A stretch of 64,000 bases of DNA, from the NCBI GenBank assembly GCA_030390025.1, contig CM059437.1, positions 54,498,001 through 54,562,000 on the forward strand, written 5' to 3'. Source of the DNA: Squalus acanthias (Eukaryota). The notes under the pieces are model-generated. The model did no database searches and had not been told where the DNA came from. It worked only from the letters and a program-made list of their open reading frames with translations. The translations under genes and the position numbers were made by a program. Shown piece after piece: positions 1 through 12,554 of this stretch; position 1 is the stretch's first letter, and each line of letters starts with the position of its first letter.

Positions 1-536
1 AAATGCCTTTAAGGGGAAGCTCGATAAGTACATGAGGGAAAAAGGGATCGAAGGATATGCAGACAGTGTTAGATGAAGTAGGGTGGGAGGAGACTCGTGT
101 GGAGCATGAACACCGGCACAGACCAGTTGGGCCGAATGGCCTGTTTCAATGCTGGATATTCTATGTAATTTCATGTAATAATCCAATAAAGATTGGCGCC
201 GTTGAGCGTTATTATTCTTCCATCGTAATATTCTTAATATGTTTGGACTACAGTTTAAAAAAAGAAAAACTATGACCTGCAGGTTTAATCCAAATAAGAG
301 TTTTCAGTTTTAATTTTTTTCTCGATGCACGGAGCTCTCGCTTTTTCTTCAAATCGTTATATAGTTTTCTCGATCAACGGACCCGATGTGATTAGTTAAA
401 GAACATTATTAATCTCCCTTAAGCTTGTAATGTGGTACCAAATTAAAAACGTTGAAAAAAGTAAAACTCTGAATTTCGACTTTTTACATCCAATTCAGAG
501 TGGATCTTCACAGGTTGTTTCTTCTTTTCTTTGTAG

Positions 537-859
537 ATCCGCGGGCTCCGTCAGTGACCGTCCTTCCGCCTTCATCGGATCAAATCGCAGCAAAGACCAC
601 GGCGACCCTGGTGTGTTTGGTGAACGGCTTTAACCCGGGCGCTGTGGAGATTGAGTGGACTGTCGATGGCAGTGTCAGAGCAAATGGTGTTGAGACCAGT
701 CGGGTCCAGCAGCAGACGGACAACACGTTCAGTGTGAGCAGTTATCTGACTCTGCCAGCCTCAGTGTGGAACTCACACGAGCTTTACTCCTGCGTGGTTA
801 AACACGAGACTCAGGCAAACCCGCTTCAAACAAGTATCGCGAGATCCAGCTGTATCTGA
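537..859 (+). CDS. Ig light-chain constant exon, cluster 1 (lambda-like/type II); V-J lies upstream of the window
   Basis: Acceptor ttctttgtag|ATCCGCGG; C1-set Ig motifs PSVTVLPPS, ATLVCLV, IEWTVDG, YLTL, LYSCVVKHE and terminal SSCI; 323-nt exon, same length as the other two C exons; AATAAA at 1070-1075. Confidence 0.95.
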
Positions 860-1676
860 TTCAAGAATCTTATGTATTCGTCTAATATACCATCAGTAAA
901 CGTTCTTTGAACAAAGTTCGAAATTAAAGGTTATTTTTTTTAGTTTAATTGCTGTATTTGAAGTTATAACAATGAATATGCAGTTAGTTTGTTTGCTTGA
1001 TTCCAATGGGTGAACCCAAGAGTGTGCTGAGTCTACAGTCATCACACCTTTACTGTCTCATTGCAGTGAAATAAAATTATTGTTCCACTGTCTCAGATGA
1101 TGTTATTCTTTTCTTGCTTTAATTCTCTCCGAATTTATGACCATTTTTAAAACGTTCAAATCTCGAGGTTTCACTCTTTGTGAACTTTTTCAAATTTACA
1201 TAAAGCCGCCAAACTCTCGATCGAAATAACGATTTTACAGAATGGATGGGTGTCGGGTTCGAAAAATAACAAGGTATAAAATGTTAAATTCGGTTTGTAT
1301 ATTGATTGAAATACATTGCGTCTGTGATTGCGTTTAAGGTTCTCCTTTTTTCTGTATGACCTCGGTGAGAAACTACATAAATACCAAATAACATTGTATC
1401 ATACCCGTTGGAAAAGATAAATCTTAATCAGCGTTGAAGTGGAACGAGAATAGAACCTGAATTGAAAAGAGAACGCATAGAATCATAGAATGATGCCGCA
1501 CACAAGGAGGCCATTCGGTCCATCGAGCTTGTACCGGCTCTTTAAAAGAGCTTGTCCAATCGTACCACTCCACTGCTCTTTCCCCATAGCCCTGCAATTT
1601 TCTCCTCTTCAAGTATTTCAGCACCATCTCTGAATTCATGCTACAAGTAGGTAAAGTATGATCAGAAACATCCACA

Positions 1677-3760
1677 TGTTAGAGTTTATTTTGAATCCAT
1701 TTTAATTGCATTGACCAGACACATAAGAACATGAACAGTACAAATGCCCCTTTTTGTGCAAAATGCTTCGTGAACCAAAGGTATCGCTGTGGAGTGTTAG
1801 AATGTGTACATAGAAAACGGCTAAATTAGGATAACTTGACATGATCAGAATGCATTATGGCTGAACGCCTTGAGAATTAGTAATGTTACGATAGGACAAA
1901 CTCGATTAGGGATAATGGAAAAATACATGACTGAACTCATCATAGCCATGTAAGAAAAGAACCATAAGAGATTTTGAGATAAAAAGAACTGGAACAAGGG
2001 ATACAAAGACAGCAGCTGAGATGGAGTTCCAAGGGCAGAACTTTTACAACTCAGTTCAGATATGCCTGTTTGCTAACCTGTATAAATATGAATGATCAGC
2101 AACAATGTTCAGTCTTAGCGCTGCAAACTGCCATGAACAGTATCGTCTGTATGTCCCACATAGACATTCTACTTCTGAGTTTATAAACGTATATTACTTA
2201 CTTGTAGTCTTAGTACGTTCTCAAATATCAATAAACATCAGTCAATGTATCACTTACTCATGCGTCTTAGAATCTGTTCATTACTTTTTATGGAACATGT
2301 TTGGCAACTTGCAGCAAGACTCTAAGCATTGGTTATTTGACCAGCGATCCGGGACTGATCAACCCGGAGCCAACCCCAACGTGCATTAGAGGGAATTCAG
2401 GAATAGCAATTGAATTTGGCGTTAATAATAAAATGTAGAAGTAATGGAGAATTTCGGAAAATATGTACACAAATAAAGCGGCAGCCGCGCTGGTGGCCCA
2501 CTGACATTAGCGGACTTGATGGCACGACCGCTGAGCTAGTTGGATCAGGTGCTAGAGATATAGCTCTTTAGTGCCCGATAGAATTATAAAAATAACACCA
2601 AAGCAGCGGTGGTGCAAGTTTTGATTGCCGTAACTAAGGCAAATGAAGTTTAGAATAAGAAACTAGGAACTAGATTAAAAGAATAAAGGGTGAGCAGCAA
2701 GGATTGCGTGCAACCTGTCAAGAACTCATAACACAACTAGAATAATGCTCAAAACATTGTAATAAATTAAAAGACATTGTGCAGGAGGAGGATAAGGAGT
2801 ACCAGGGGTTAAAGTGGGCCATTAAACATTAGACCTAGGCTGTGATGCAGTTTGGTAAAGATACCTCAGCTATTCACATCGAGTGTAACAAAAGTATTGG
2901 GAGACAAGAGAAATAAATTAAAAGCCCACAAGGTTGTTACCCAGATCTCCACCGTGCCAGGCTTGGTTGAAGTCTCTGACCAATGGGCGGTTATATTGGT
3001 AACATTGTGGGGGTACATGAACCACGTCCCCTGAGCGAGTAAACAAGGTGACACAACAGGAGCACCAATGCAAGCCTGAGAACAAGCATCTCTTACACCT
3101 AAATGAGGATTTAAATCATTGGAAAACTGGGGTCAGCAGTCAATATAAGAGATTGACAGTTGAGGTGAGAGTACAAGGATAAATAAAGCAGAAGAGGATA
3201 TCACTTTTCTACCGGTGACACGGGCTACATCAGGAGCTTTTCTGTTTCAGTGTACAGTTTCCTTTAAATTTCACTGTGAAACTGCAGTCTGTAGAACCAT
3301 GCCCGTGGTGGCTCCGTCCACTTTTCACAGTCGCTCTCTAAAGTGTTAAACCTTTGTAGACCTTACCTTAGTTAACATTAAGATTGGTACAAATATTTAA
3401 ATCCTGCAAGAGCTATTTTTTTCTCATTTTTTACATTGAATGGATAGGCAACGAAACAATCCACTTGGGATGAAGATAAACTATATTTTAAAACCGAGGT
3501 CATAACTACTGCTACCTGTAAGAGTAGTTATAGTGAGTAGAATAGCCAGCATCATATTAATTAGGTCACAGCAGTTTTAGAAGGGGTTAATGGAATTAAG
3601 TTAGTCTCCGAGCACAAAGGGACACAGAGATTAGCACCAACGTTTGGGAAGATGCACTGTCTGGAATTAGGTTGGGAGTTTGAAAGAATACTAGTCTTTC
3701 TCTGCAATAAATATCTATAAGAGTTAAGGAAATGAAGGCCATGAGTGAAGACTGTCGTTG
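1677..3760 (+). mobile_element. Possible highly degenerate LTR-element remnant (also present in the duplicate)
   Basis: Starts TGTTAG, TATAAATA near 2081, AATAAA near 2230, then a purine-rich decayed coding-like tract; no recognisable protein motif. Confidence 0.3.
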
Positions 3761-3899
3761 AGCAAAAAGCAGACAGCGATACGAGTATGCATGCGAACAT
3801 GTGAAGTGGAAATTACACTGCATATTGCAATGATGTATCAACAGAATGTAACAGGAACGGGCTAACATACAACATTATGCATAAACCACGTAGTTAGTC

Positions 3900-4085
3900 C
3901 TATAACCCTCCTATTTCTTATCTGCATGCTGCCCCTCCTCGACATCAGCAGAAGACACAGCATCAGGTTCCAAATGTATGCTGACGATACCCAGCTGCAG
4001 CTCACCACCACCTCTTTCAATCCCTCCACTGCCTCTGTGCTGTCAGACATCCATTCTTGGCTGAGCAGAAATATCCTCCAATTAA
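3900..4085 (+). mobile_element. L2-type LINE RT fragment
   Basis: atgtatgctgacgatacccagctg encodes MYADDTQL. Confidence 0.65.
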
Positions 4086-4089
4086 CAAG

Positions 4090-4515
4090 CGAAGTCTATT
4101 AAACCTGTCCTCATAATTTAACTCTTTTAGCCCAAGTATCATCCTGGTGTATCTTCGCTGCACCCCCTGCAAGGCCAATATATCCTTCCTGAGGAGCAGG
4201 TCTCAGAACTGAATACAGAAACTACAACTTGGGTCTAACCAGTGCTCAGTACAGCTGTAACATAACTTCTACCCATTTCTATTCCAGCCCACTTGAAATA
4301 AAGACCAAATTTCCATTAGCCATTTAAATTATCTTTTGTAGCTTTAAGTGATTTCTATACTTGGACCCCTAAATCTCTCTGCTCATCCACAGTTCCTAGC
4401 TTCTTGCCATTTAGAAAATACACTTTCTTGGTTCCAAAGTGGATCACCTCATATTTTCCTGCATTGAACTCCACCTGCCACCGTTTTGCCCACTCACTTA
4501 ATCTATCAATATCCC
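4090..4515 (-). mobile_element. CR1 LINE RT fragment
   Basis: ORF 4355-4570 DIDRLSEWAKRWQVEFN...VIHFG...QRDLGV resembles the intact CR1 at 19884-21983. Confidence 0.8.
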
Positions 4516-5734
4516 CCGCAGAGTACGCCATGATACGCCTTTGAAACTGACTACATTTTCTGGATTTCATGCGCTAAATCCCGAACTTGCGATCTGTCAA
4601 GTTCCGACTCCGCATCAGCTTCGCTGCACGTTTCATCCACCCGTAGAAATCAACGTGCTGGCGAAAAGTTGGGTTAATTGCCCAGCTACTGCGCATTCAT
4701 TACGGTGGGTTTTTTTTTACGGCTGGTGCAAATATGCGCGTGAGCCTGTTTGCAGCGTGTAAGGGGCTGGGCGCTGAGAAATTATTAGGTATTAATTATC
4801 TTGCTATTAAATTAACAATGCCTTCTCAGTTTACCTCGCCTCTTTTGTCAGAACCCACTAGAATAAGCATTATGCTGCAATGCTGATTCTGAATGACCTT
4901 ACCCTCGGCAAGTTCGCTTATCATTCCTTTCGTCTTTTATCGATTTTTTTAAATGGACACGTTTTCCATTATAGTAATGCTGCACGTTATTTGAAATATT
5001 CATCGGGATATAAAATTATGAATTCAACATGGTATAAATCTGTCGCTGTTCACAGAGCTTTATTTTAATAATCCTTTCATAGTTTCCAGTTTTGTTTCGC
5101 TTTTGTAATTAAATATTTAAATACCAATAACATGCTCTTTATACTAGGTCTTTACAAGTGAATGCTACACAGAAAACTGGAAACATCTAGAACCACAAAC
5201 AACAGCAATCTCCTCTGTTTCCTGATTGGGTAAGAGTCTGGAAGTGAAAGGAGCACCGCCCCACGTGATCCCAGGTATGCTTACCCACAACAGTGCGCTC
5301 CTGGGACCAGTGGGCCACTGAGCTGCACACAACTCCGCAGCGAAACAATGCAAGTTCGCGAAGGTGGGGTTCGCACCAGGTAAATGCAGATTTCCTACAG
5401 ATGTCAGTGGCGTAATCCTTAGCTACGATGCCGACTGCAAATTCAGGGCCATTATTTGATGTGCCACCTAGCTGAGATTCGTCAGCAAACTTACATATAC
5501 AGCTCTCTATTCCTTCATCCAAGTCGTTTATCCATATAATGAAAAGCTGCGGCCCCATTACAGATACCTGGCAGACAACACTCGGCTCATTCGGCCTATT
5601 TAAGTACATACCATTTATTCCTACTCTCTGTCTCTTACCTCATAACCAATTCCATGTCAAAGCCAATAGTTTGCTCCCAATTCCATTCGCTCTCATTTTT
5701 CTCAACAGTCTCTTAAATGACATTGTCAAATCAC

Positions 5735-6192
5735 GCCTGTACTCACCGACCAATTTGGCTGCTGGTCCACCAATGCCTGGATATTAAAAATCTCATCCTC
5801 ATGTTCAGATCCCTCTGTGATCTCGCTCGTCCCTGTCTCTGTAACATCCTCAAGCCATACAACCGTCTGCTAATGCTGCACTCCGCCAACTCTGGACTCT
5901 TGTGCATGTTCCACTTCCTTCACCCCACCATTGGAGGCCGTGACTTCAGACGCCTCGGCCCTAAGCTCTGAGTTACCTCCCCAAAGGTCTTTGCGACTCC
6001 ACCTCTCTCTCCTCCTTTAACACGCTGCTTACAAACTACCTCCTTGACTAAGTATTTGGCTATTTGGCCTAATGTCTCCTTCTTTGGCTCGGTGTCAATT
6101 GTTGTCTGTTTACGCTCCTGTAAAGCTCATTGGGTCCTTTTCCTACATTAAAGGTGCTACATAAATGTAAGTTCTTGTTGTTGTTGATGTTA
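5735..6192 (+). mobile_element. L2-type LINE 3' fragment
   Basis: Same 3' sequence as 6925-7400, 29130-29575 and 41350-41703; ends in a (ttg)n tail. Confidence 0.7.
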
Positions 6193-6924
6193 TTCAAAGA
6201 TACTGAGAACAAAAATAAAAGTTGCAGTGACCCCCTGAGGAACAATCACTCGCAAACTGTCTCCATTTGAAGCAAGATGCACTTACCCTCACTCTTTTTT
6301 TTCTGTCCTCAAATAACTTTCTATCCACGCTGCTACATTTCCTCTTATACCATACGCCTAAATTTTCTAACACCCCTTCTGGAAATCCATGCACACTACA
6401 ACCACTGAATTCTCTTTCTCTCTATAATTAATTCAATGGATCCATATTTTGTATGTGGGAATATTGCATTGCAAGCCTGTGACATGCCCATTATTTATTT
6501 CAAAAGAGCAGTCAAGTAGGTTTTAGTACCACAAGTGAGTCCTGGAGTCGATTTGTGGGGACAACTTGACAGTGACGTACCCAAAGCTTCTTGAAAGAGG
6601 GAGAACCAGTCTGATGAATTCCATCCTATTGCCAATGTATAGAGATAAATAGAGGAAGAATAAATCTTCTGTCTAAAAAAGTATACATAATTCATAATGT
6701 ACCGTATACATTTAGAGCTGGATCTGGGCCCACCGGGGCAAAACTAAATGCTACACGTTTCTTGCATGTTAAGCTTCCATGAAGTGGTATTTATATTAGT
6801 CTATCACACAATGTTAACATGTTAATTATGCCATGAAGGCACAGTCTGGAGGTGTGAACAATATTGCACCATGTATCATTCAAGTTGGCGATCAAAGCAA
6901 ACATTAAACCATTAATATGCATTT

Positions 6925-7400
6925 CTCGTGCCCGTATCCTAACTCGCATAATTCCCGTTCACCCATCACCACGGTGCTCGCTGACATACATTGGCTATTC
7001 ATCCAGCAATGCCTCAGTGTTAAAATTCTCACCTTTGTTTTTAAATTCCTCCATGGCCTCACCCCTCCATATCTCTCTAAACTCCTTCAGCACTACAACC
7101 GCCTCAGAACTGTGCACACCTCCAAATCTGGCCACTTGAGCAACATCGATTTTAATCGCTCCACCATTGGCTGCGTGCCTTCAGCTGCCCAGGCCCACAG
7201 GTCTGAATTTGCCTCCCTGAAACTCTCCGCCTCTCTACCTCTCTCCTTCTTTAACATTCTCCTTAAAACCTATCTCTTTGACAACGTTTTTGGCCACCTG
7301 TCGTAATATCTCCTTATGTGGCTTGGTGTCAAATTTTGCTTGATAACGCTCCTGTGAAGCACCTTGGGAAGTTATGCTACCTTAAAGGCACGATATAAAT
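6925..7400 (+). mobile_element. L2-type LINE 3' fragment
   Basis: ORF 6917-7306 SPITTVLADIHWL...KILTFVFKFLHGLTPPYLSKLL, typical of an L2 ORF2 C-terminus. Confidence 0.75.
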
Positions 7401-7404
7401 AAAA

Positions 7405-8258
7405 TTTGGGGGTTTAGCGCTGGCTGTTAAGGCAATTTTGAAAGAAAAATGCGTCAGCCGCCATTTTGGGCAGGTCGGTAACGCTGCCGATACATGCGCT
7501 CGCTGCAGATATTTAGATTTATCTGATCGTGACGTCAGTGTGTGCACATCGCTCACTTCTCTGCCGGTTTGCAGTTTTCACCTTCGGAGCGCCACTTACT
7601 GGTCGATGCAAATCACAACCAGATGACCCAGCGTTCAGCAGCAGGAAGGAGGCTCCAGCAGCGCTACTTAAAGGGATCATCATCACCAACATGCAGCTGA
7701 CATGGTTTTTCAGTTTGACTGACCCTGTGTAACTTTCTGCAACTGGTGTAGCTTTCTCAACTTGGTTCAAGTTCCTGAGGTGACAGGGAGTGTTGGTACA
7801 AGTGGAGAACGCCTTCACTCTCATTTACAGGCTTCTGCTCACACCACGTACTCACCGTCATGGGGCTCTACTTGCAGTCCCGTTCGTGCTCGAGTATCTT
7901 CAGGAGGGAGCGGAGGCAGCAACGAAGAGGGGAAGATGCACGCAGAGGGTATAGAAGAAGGGCCAGGAGGGCTCTCAACAGGAGGCCTTACCCACCCAGG
8001 GTCTTCCGAGAGCACTTATCTTATCTCAACTTAAGCGAGGAGCAGTGTAGTAGGAGGTTCAGCTTCACCAAGGAGGTGGTCACACAACTGTGCCACCTCC
8101 TGCAACCTGACCTGCAACCTTAGCACACGGCAAACACGGCTCTCCCAATGGCTCTCAAGGTCACCGTGTCCCTCAATCTTTTCGCCAGCAGATCCTTCCA
8201 GTCTGCAGCAGGAGACATAGCTAACATCTCCCATTTCAACGTACATCACTGCATCCGG
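7405..8258 (+). mobile_element. Truncated PIF/Harbinger transposon (5' part)
   Basis: RRPYPPRVFREHLSYLNLSEEQCSRRFSFTKEVVTQLCHLLQPDLQP; paralogous to 42915-43570, which continues into the catalytic core. Confidence 0.75.
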
Positions 8259-8261
8259 ATG

Positions 8262-8562
8262 CAGTTAGAGATGTGAAAGGTTTTAAGCAAGTACAGAGGC
8301 AGGGAAAGAGGGAGGGGAGGAAAGAACAAAAAGGATGGTCTGGGTAGAAGACAGAAGTAATAAAATGAAAAAGGGATGATGGTGCAAGGCAAAAGGGGAT
8401 GGTTATGGGACAATAAAAGAAACAAAAGATGGGTCTAGAGGAGTAGAAAATAACAAAAGCAAAATCATTAGCAGCAATTGCTGTCCGACTAAATGAGATC
8501 TGAAATAGTTAAATTCATTGTTGAGTACGGAAGGCTGTAAAGTGCCTAATCAGAAGATGAGG
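8262..8562 (-). mobile_element. Penelope-like element 3' fragment
   Basis: Reverse complement resembles the GIY-YIG end and 3' UTR at 47885-48240. Confidence 0.65.
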
Positions 8563-10294
8563 TCTAACCAAGGTTCGATGCAAGTTTAACAAAATTTCTC
8601 GGCTTTTCAATTCTATCCCTCTAGAATTGAAATCCAGTGCTTGATTTGCATTTTATGGCCTTATTAACCAGCATCATGACTTTGAGTGATTTGTGTATCT
8701 GTACCCCTAGATCCCTTTGCGCCTCTACCCCATTCAGATGCTTATTATCCAAGCATTATGTGGCCTCCTTATTCTTCCAACCAAAGTACACCACTGTTGA
8801 GATTAACTTATCTCTGGTCTTTCAAATAATCAGGATCGAGTGCAAACCAATATGGTGGTTATATTGAGTTTAATCGGAGTTTAGGATGGAAAATAACACA
8901 CTAGTTATGCAGCAAAAAGGTACGATCATGACAAATAGCTGGTACCGGACCCGATCGGACAGTCAGCTGGCACACACGAACAACTCGTCTTATTCGTTCT
9001 CCTTCTTGTCTCACGTGTCTCTCTCTCTCTCTTTCAGAACTACCCAGGAGTGTTAGACTAGGGTCAGCATGGGTACACTCTCAGAAGAGTGTCAGAACAC
9101 CAATTTCACACTTGGGAGCCCTTCGCTCCACGGTCTGCGCTAAGGGTTCTTTAGGTCTACCTTGTATTTTATTTTTAGGGCTGTGCCTGAGGTAGAATAT
9201 GGACAGGACAATTTAACCTTATAGAGGGTCCCCTTAAAACAAGGTGCCCAATGGCATGTCGGGTTCTTTGTCTAAACTTACAGATGAAGACCCTCCCTCA
9301 AGGTGGTTGGCGGGGTGGGGGGGGGGGGTCTTCATAACAATTACACATGTTTTCTTGTTTATACAGCTTTGAAGGGAAATCCTTCTGGATCCCACTTATC
9401 TCGTCCGGCCCTGTCCTCCAATGGTTTAGTCCCTTATCTCATCCTGTCTTGTCCTCCCTGGTCTGGAGCCAGTAGCCCAGACACACCAAGCTTTGCCTTT
9501 AAACTCCTTCAGTCAGAGACCCCATTGTTGGAACTGCTTGTTATCAATTATTTATGTTCATGCTGCTGGCCGTGCAAACTAACTATTTCATTTCATGATC
9601 AGTTTATTGTACCATGAAATGAAACATTAAATTCCCATAGATATCCTCTATTCTATGCCCTTATACTAATTAACATTTAAATATCTCCGTAAGCAGTTCT
9701 GTTAAACGAACTCCAATTCCTATCTTAGCGTTATAATATGGTTATTAGTAATAATGGAAGAAACGTAGGTTGGATCTTCATTGGCCAAATTAAAGACACA
9801 TTAAACAAAGTCAAAATCCTAACTTACAAACAACAGACAGCTAGCCTGGCAGGGAAGGTCATGCTGTGGGCCCCGATGTGGGATGTTATGCATCAACTAA
9901 TCTAACTAACTAAAAACACTTTGTCTCGATTCTAATACAAGTTTTCCAAGAAACGAAACTTACACAGTTCCAGTAAGACACAACTTATACATTAACCCGT
10001 TATTTGTCTCGAGCAGAAACATACAACCATTTAAACACAGTATGATTCATGTCACAGTTACATTCGCATAACCATATATGTTTTTAGGCACCCCTAATTT
10101 CTAACAGTCCCCCCCTCCCACCCATCCCCCTCCCCCGCACTTGAGAGGGAGAAAACTCTATTTCGACCTCTCATTTTCGAACTTTACCAACTCTAGATTA
10201 TTGGATCAACCCCTCACTCAAATTCAATTCACTGATCTGGTGTTCCAATTCTGCCCTGCCTGGGGTATTCTGTATTTCCTCTATCTTTCCTGAT

Positions 10295-11155
10295 CAGTAC
10301 CATTCATAACTCCTCAGATAATGAAGCAGTCCATGCCCGTATGCAACAAGACTTGGATGACGTTCAGGCTTGGGCTGATAAGTGGCAGGTACCATCGCAC
10401 CACAAAAGTGCCAGGCAATGACTATCTCCAACAAGCGAGAGTCTAACCACTGCCCCTTGACATTCAACAGCATTAACATCGCCGAATTCCCCCCATCAAC
10501 ATCCTGGGGGTCACCATTGACCAGAAACTTAACTGGACCAGCCACATAAATACTGTAGCAACAAGAGCAGGTCAGCGGCTAGGTATTCTGAGACGAGTGT
10601 CTCACCTCCTGATTTTCCACCATCTACAAGTAAGAAGTAATATGGAATACTCTCCACTTGCCTGGATGAGTGGAGCTCCAATAACACTCAAGAAGCTCGA
10701 CACCATCCAGGACAAAGCAGCAAACTTGATTGCACCCCATCCACCACCTTAAACATTCACTCCCTCCACCACCGGCGCACCATGGCTGCAGTGTATACCA
10801 TTTACACGATGCACTGCAGCAACTCGCCAAGGCTTCCTCAGCAGCACATCCCAAACCCGGGACCTCTAACACCTAGAAGGACAAGGGCAGCAGGCGCATG
10901 GGAACACCATCACCTCAAGTTCCCCTTCAAGTCACACACCATTCTTAATTAGAAGTTTATCGCTGATCCTTCATCATCGCTGGGTCAAAATCCTGGAACT
11001 CCCTACCTAACAGCACTGTGGGAGTACCTTCACCACACGGAATGCACGGTTCAAGAAGGCGGCTCACCATCACCTTCTCAAGGGCAATTAGGGATTAGCG
11101 ATACATACTGGCCTTGCCAGCGATACCCGCATCCCATGAATGAATAAAAAAAATC
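10295..11155 (+). mobile_element. 3' fragment of a CR1/L2-clade LINE (same family as 47388-51455)
   Basis: Matches the reverse complement of that LINE's 3' part (48390-49070 and 47390-47590); ends gaatgaataaaaaaaa. Confidence 0.8.
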
Positions 11156-11338
11156 TTACGCAGCCTGGGGTCTCCTTTACTTCATTTCGGATTTCCGTCC
11201 GTCATTAATTCGTTAGTACAGTTAGTCATGATTATAGATACACATTTGGCTTATTCATCAAAGTCTTACTACACGGGTTATTTATATCAAATACAGTATA
11301 ATTACAAGTTGGTGAACTACCAGAGCGTGTGAAATAAT

Positions 11339-12101
11339 GGCCCGAAAATTAGACCTAATACGGGAGATTACGCACTGTGTACTCTCGCGTATTAGGTCTC
11401 GAAGTGCCGGTTTCCTGCATGCACTGCGCATGCGCGGGAAACCGGCACTTTGGGTATTGCGAAGGGGGCGGTTCCTAAGTGAACAGCGTGCGCACTACAG
11501 GTTGCGCGCACGCAGCACACTAAGTTTTTTTTTCAGGTTTGAACGCGCAGGTAAGTGTTGAAGATCTTACACATGAAGAAAGCAGGCGTAAGACCCCCTT
11601 TTAACAAGGTAAGTAGTTAATTAAGTATTATTTTAAAAATTTTTCAACAGGTTTATCTTTTTTAGAGACTTTAAAGAAAGGTAAGTTTATTTTTATAACT
11701 TTTAAAAAGAATTTAAATTTTTTCAAAAATTTAAATTTGTTTAAAGTGGTTAATTTATTTAACTATAGTTATTTTATTAATGTGATGGCTTTTCTTTAAA
11801 TTTAATTGAGGTTTAGCTGTTCTTTTGGGGGCTTGTTGTATTCATAGTTTTGACAGCTCTTCCTGTCAAAACTATGAATGAAAGATGGTGTGCTGCCATT
11901 GGCTCTAACTGGCCCACGTGATCCCAGAGGTCGCATCGCACTAACTGCGCCTCTGGGACACGCACACACTGCGCGCCGGCACCAGGGAGAGGCCCAGGAA
12001 CTGAAGTTCGTGTGGGCCAAAACCATAAAGGCAGGCGCGGAGTGTGATATCGCGGGGGATCCTTACCCCCGCGGCAACCATCGAAGTCCAATTTCTGGGC
12101 C
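11339..12101. mobile_element. Non-autonomous PIF/Harbinger-type MITE
   Basis: TIRs GGCCCGAAAATT / AATTTCTGGGCC; 3-bp TSD AAT on both sides; closely similar to 17152-17896. Confidence 0.85.
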
Positions 12102-12554
12102 AATATGTAACAAGCGTGTGCTGATATAATAAGCCCAATATCCCACCAGAGTGAATCGTCCCGATGTTGTCAATTTCAATATCTATTCCCGAATTGTCTT
12201 GCTCCAAAACATAAAAATGCTTTCGCGGGGAGTTCAGTCGCATCACAAGCTCACTGAAGTCCTCAGTCAACAGGGGAATGTCATACCCAAATGTGCCACG
12301 TAACTGTGCAGCTCGTACTTAAGTGTCTCATATACTGTCAGTTTCACTTGAGCATAAATTTTGATTTTGAGTAAAACGTGTTGGTTGATAGTTGTGGGTA
12401 GATGTGGTGTGAAGCAGGAACTGGGGCTATTAAAGTGACAGGTCCCGGTAGACCTGTAAAGCATGGTAGTTACATTAGTAACACAGTAGACACCACCAAA
12501 ACCACCTCATACTGGATTCATGCTGGTTTTTCCCATGCTCTGTTACCTACAAAA

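Larger units (their letters stand above)
1..8258 (+). repeat. Segmental duplicate of 34201-43570 (J-C intron end, C exon and 3' flank)
   Basis: Position 1 (aaatgcctttaaggggaagc) recurs at 34201; colinear similarity continues through the C exon, 3' flank, L2 fragments and the start of the Harbinger element, broken by copy-specific insertions. Confidence 0.92.

Noticed and set aside
500-536. N-terminal extensions of the C-exon ORFs (also 34719-34755 and 54425-54470) that look like signal peptides
   Set aside because: They are translated polypyrimidine tracts upstream of the AG acceptors.
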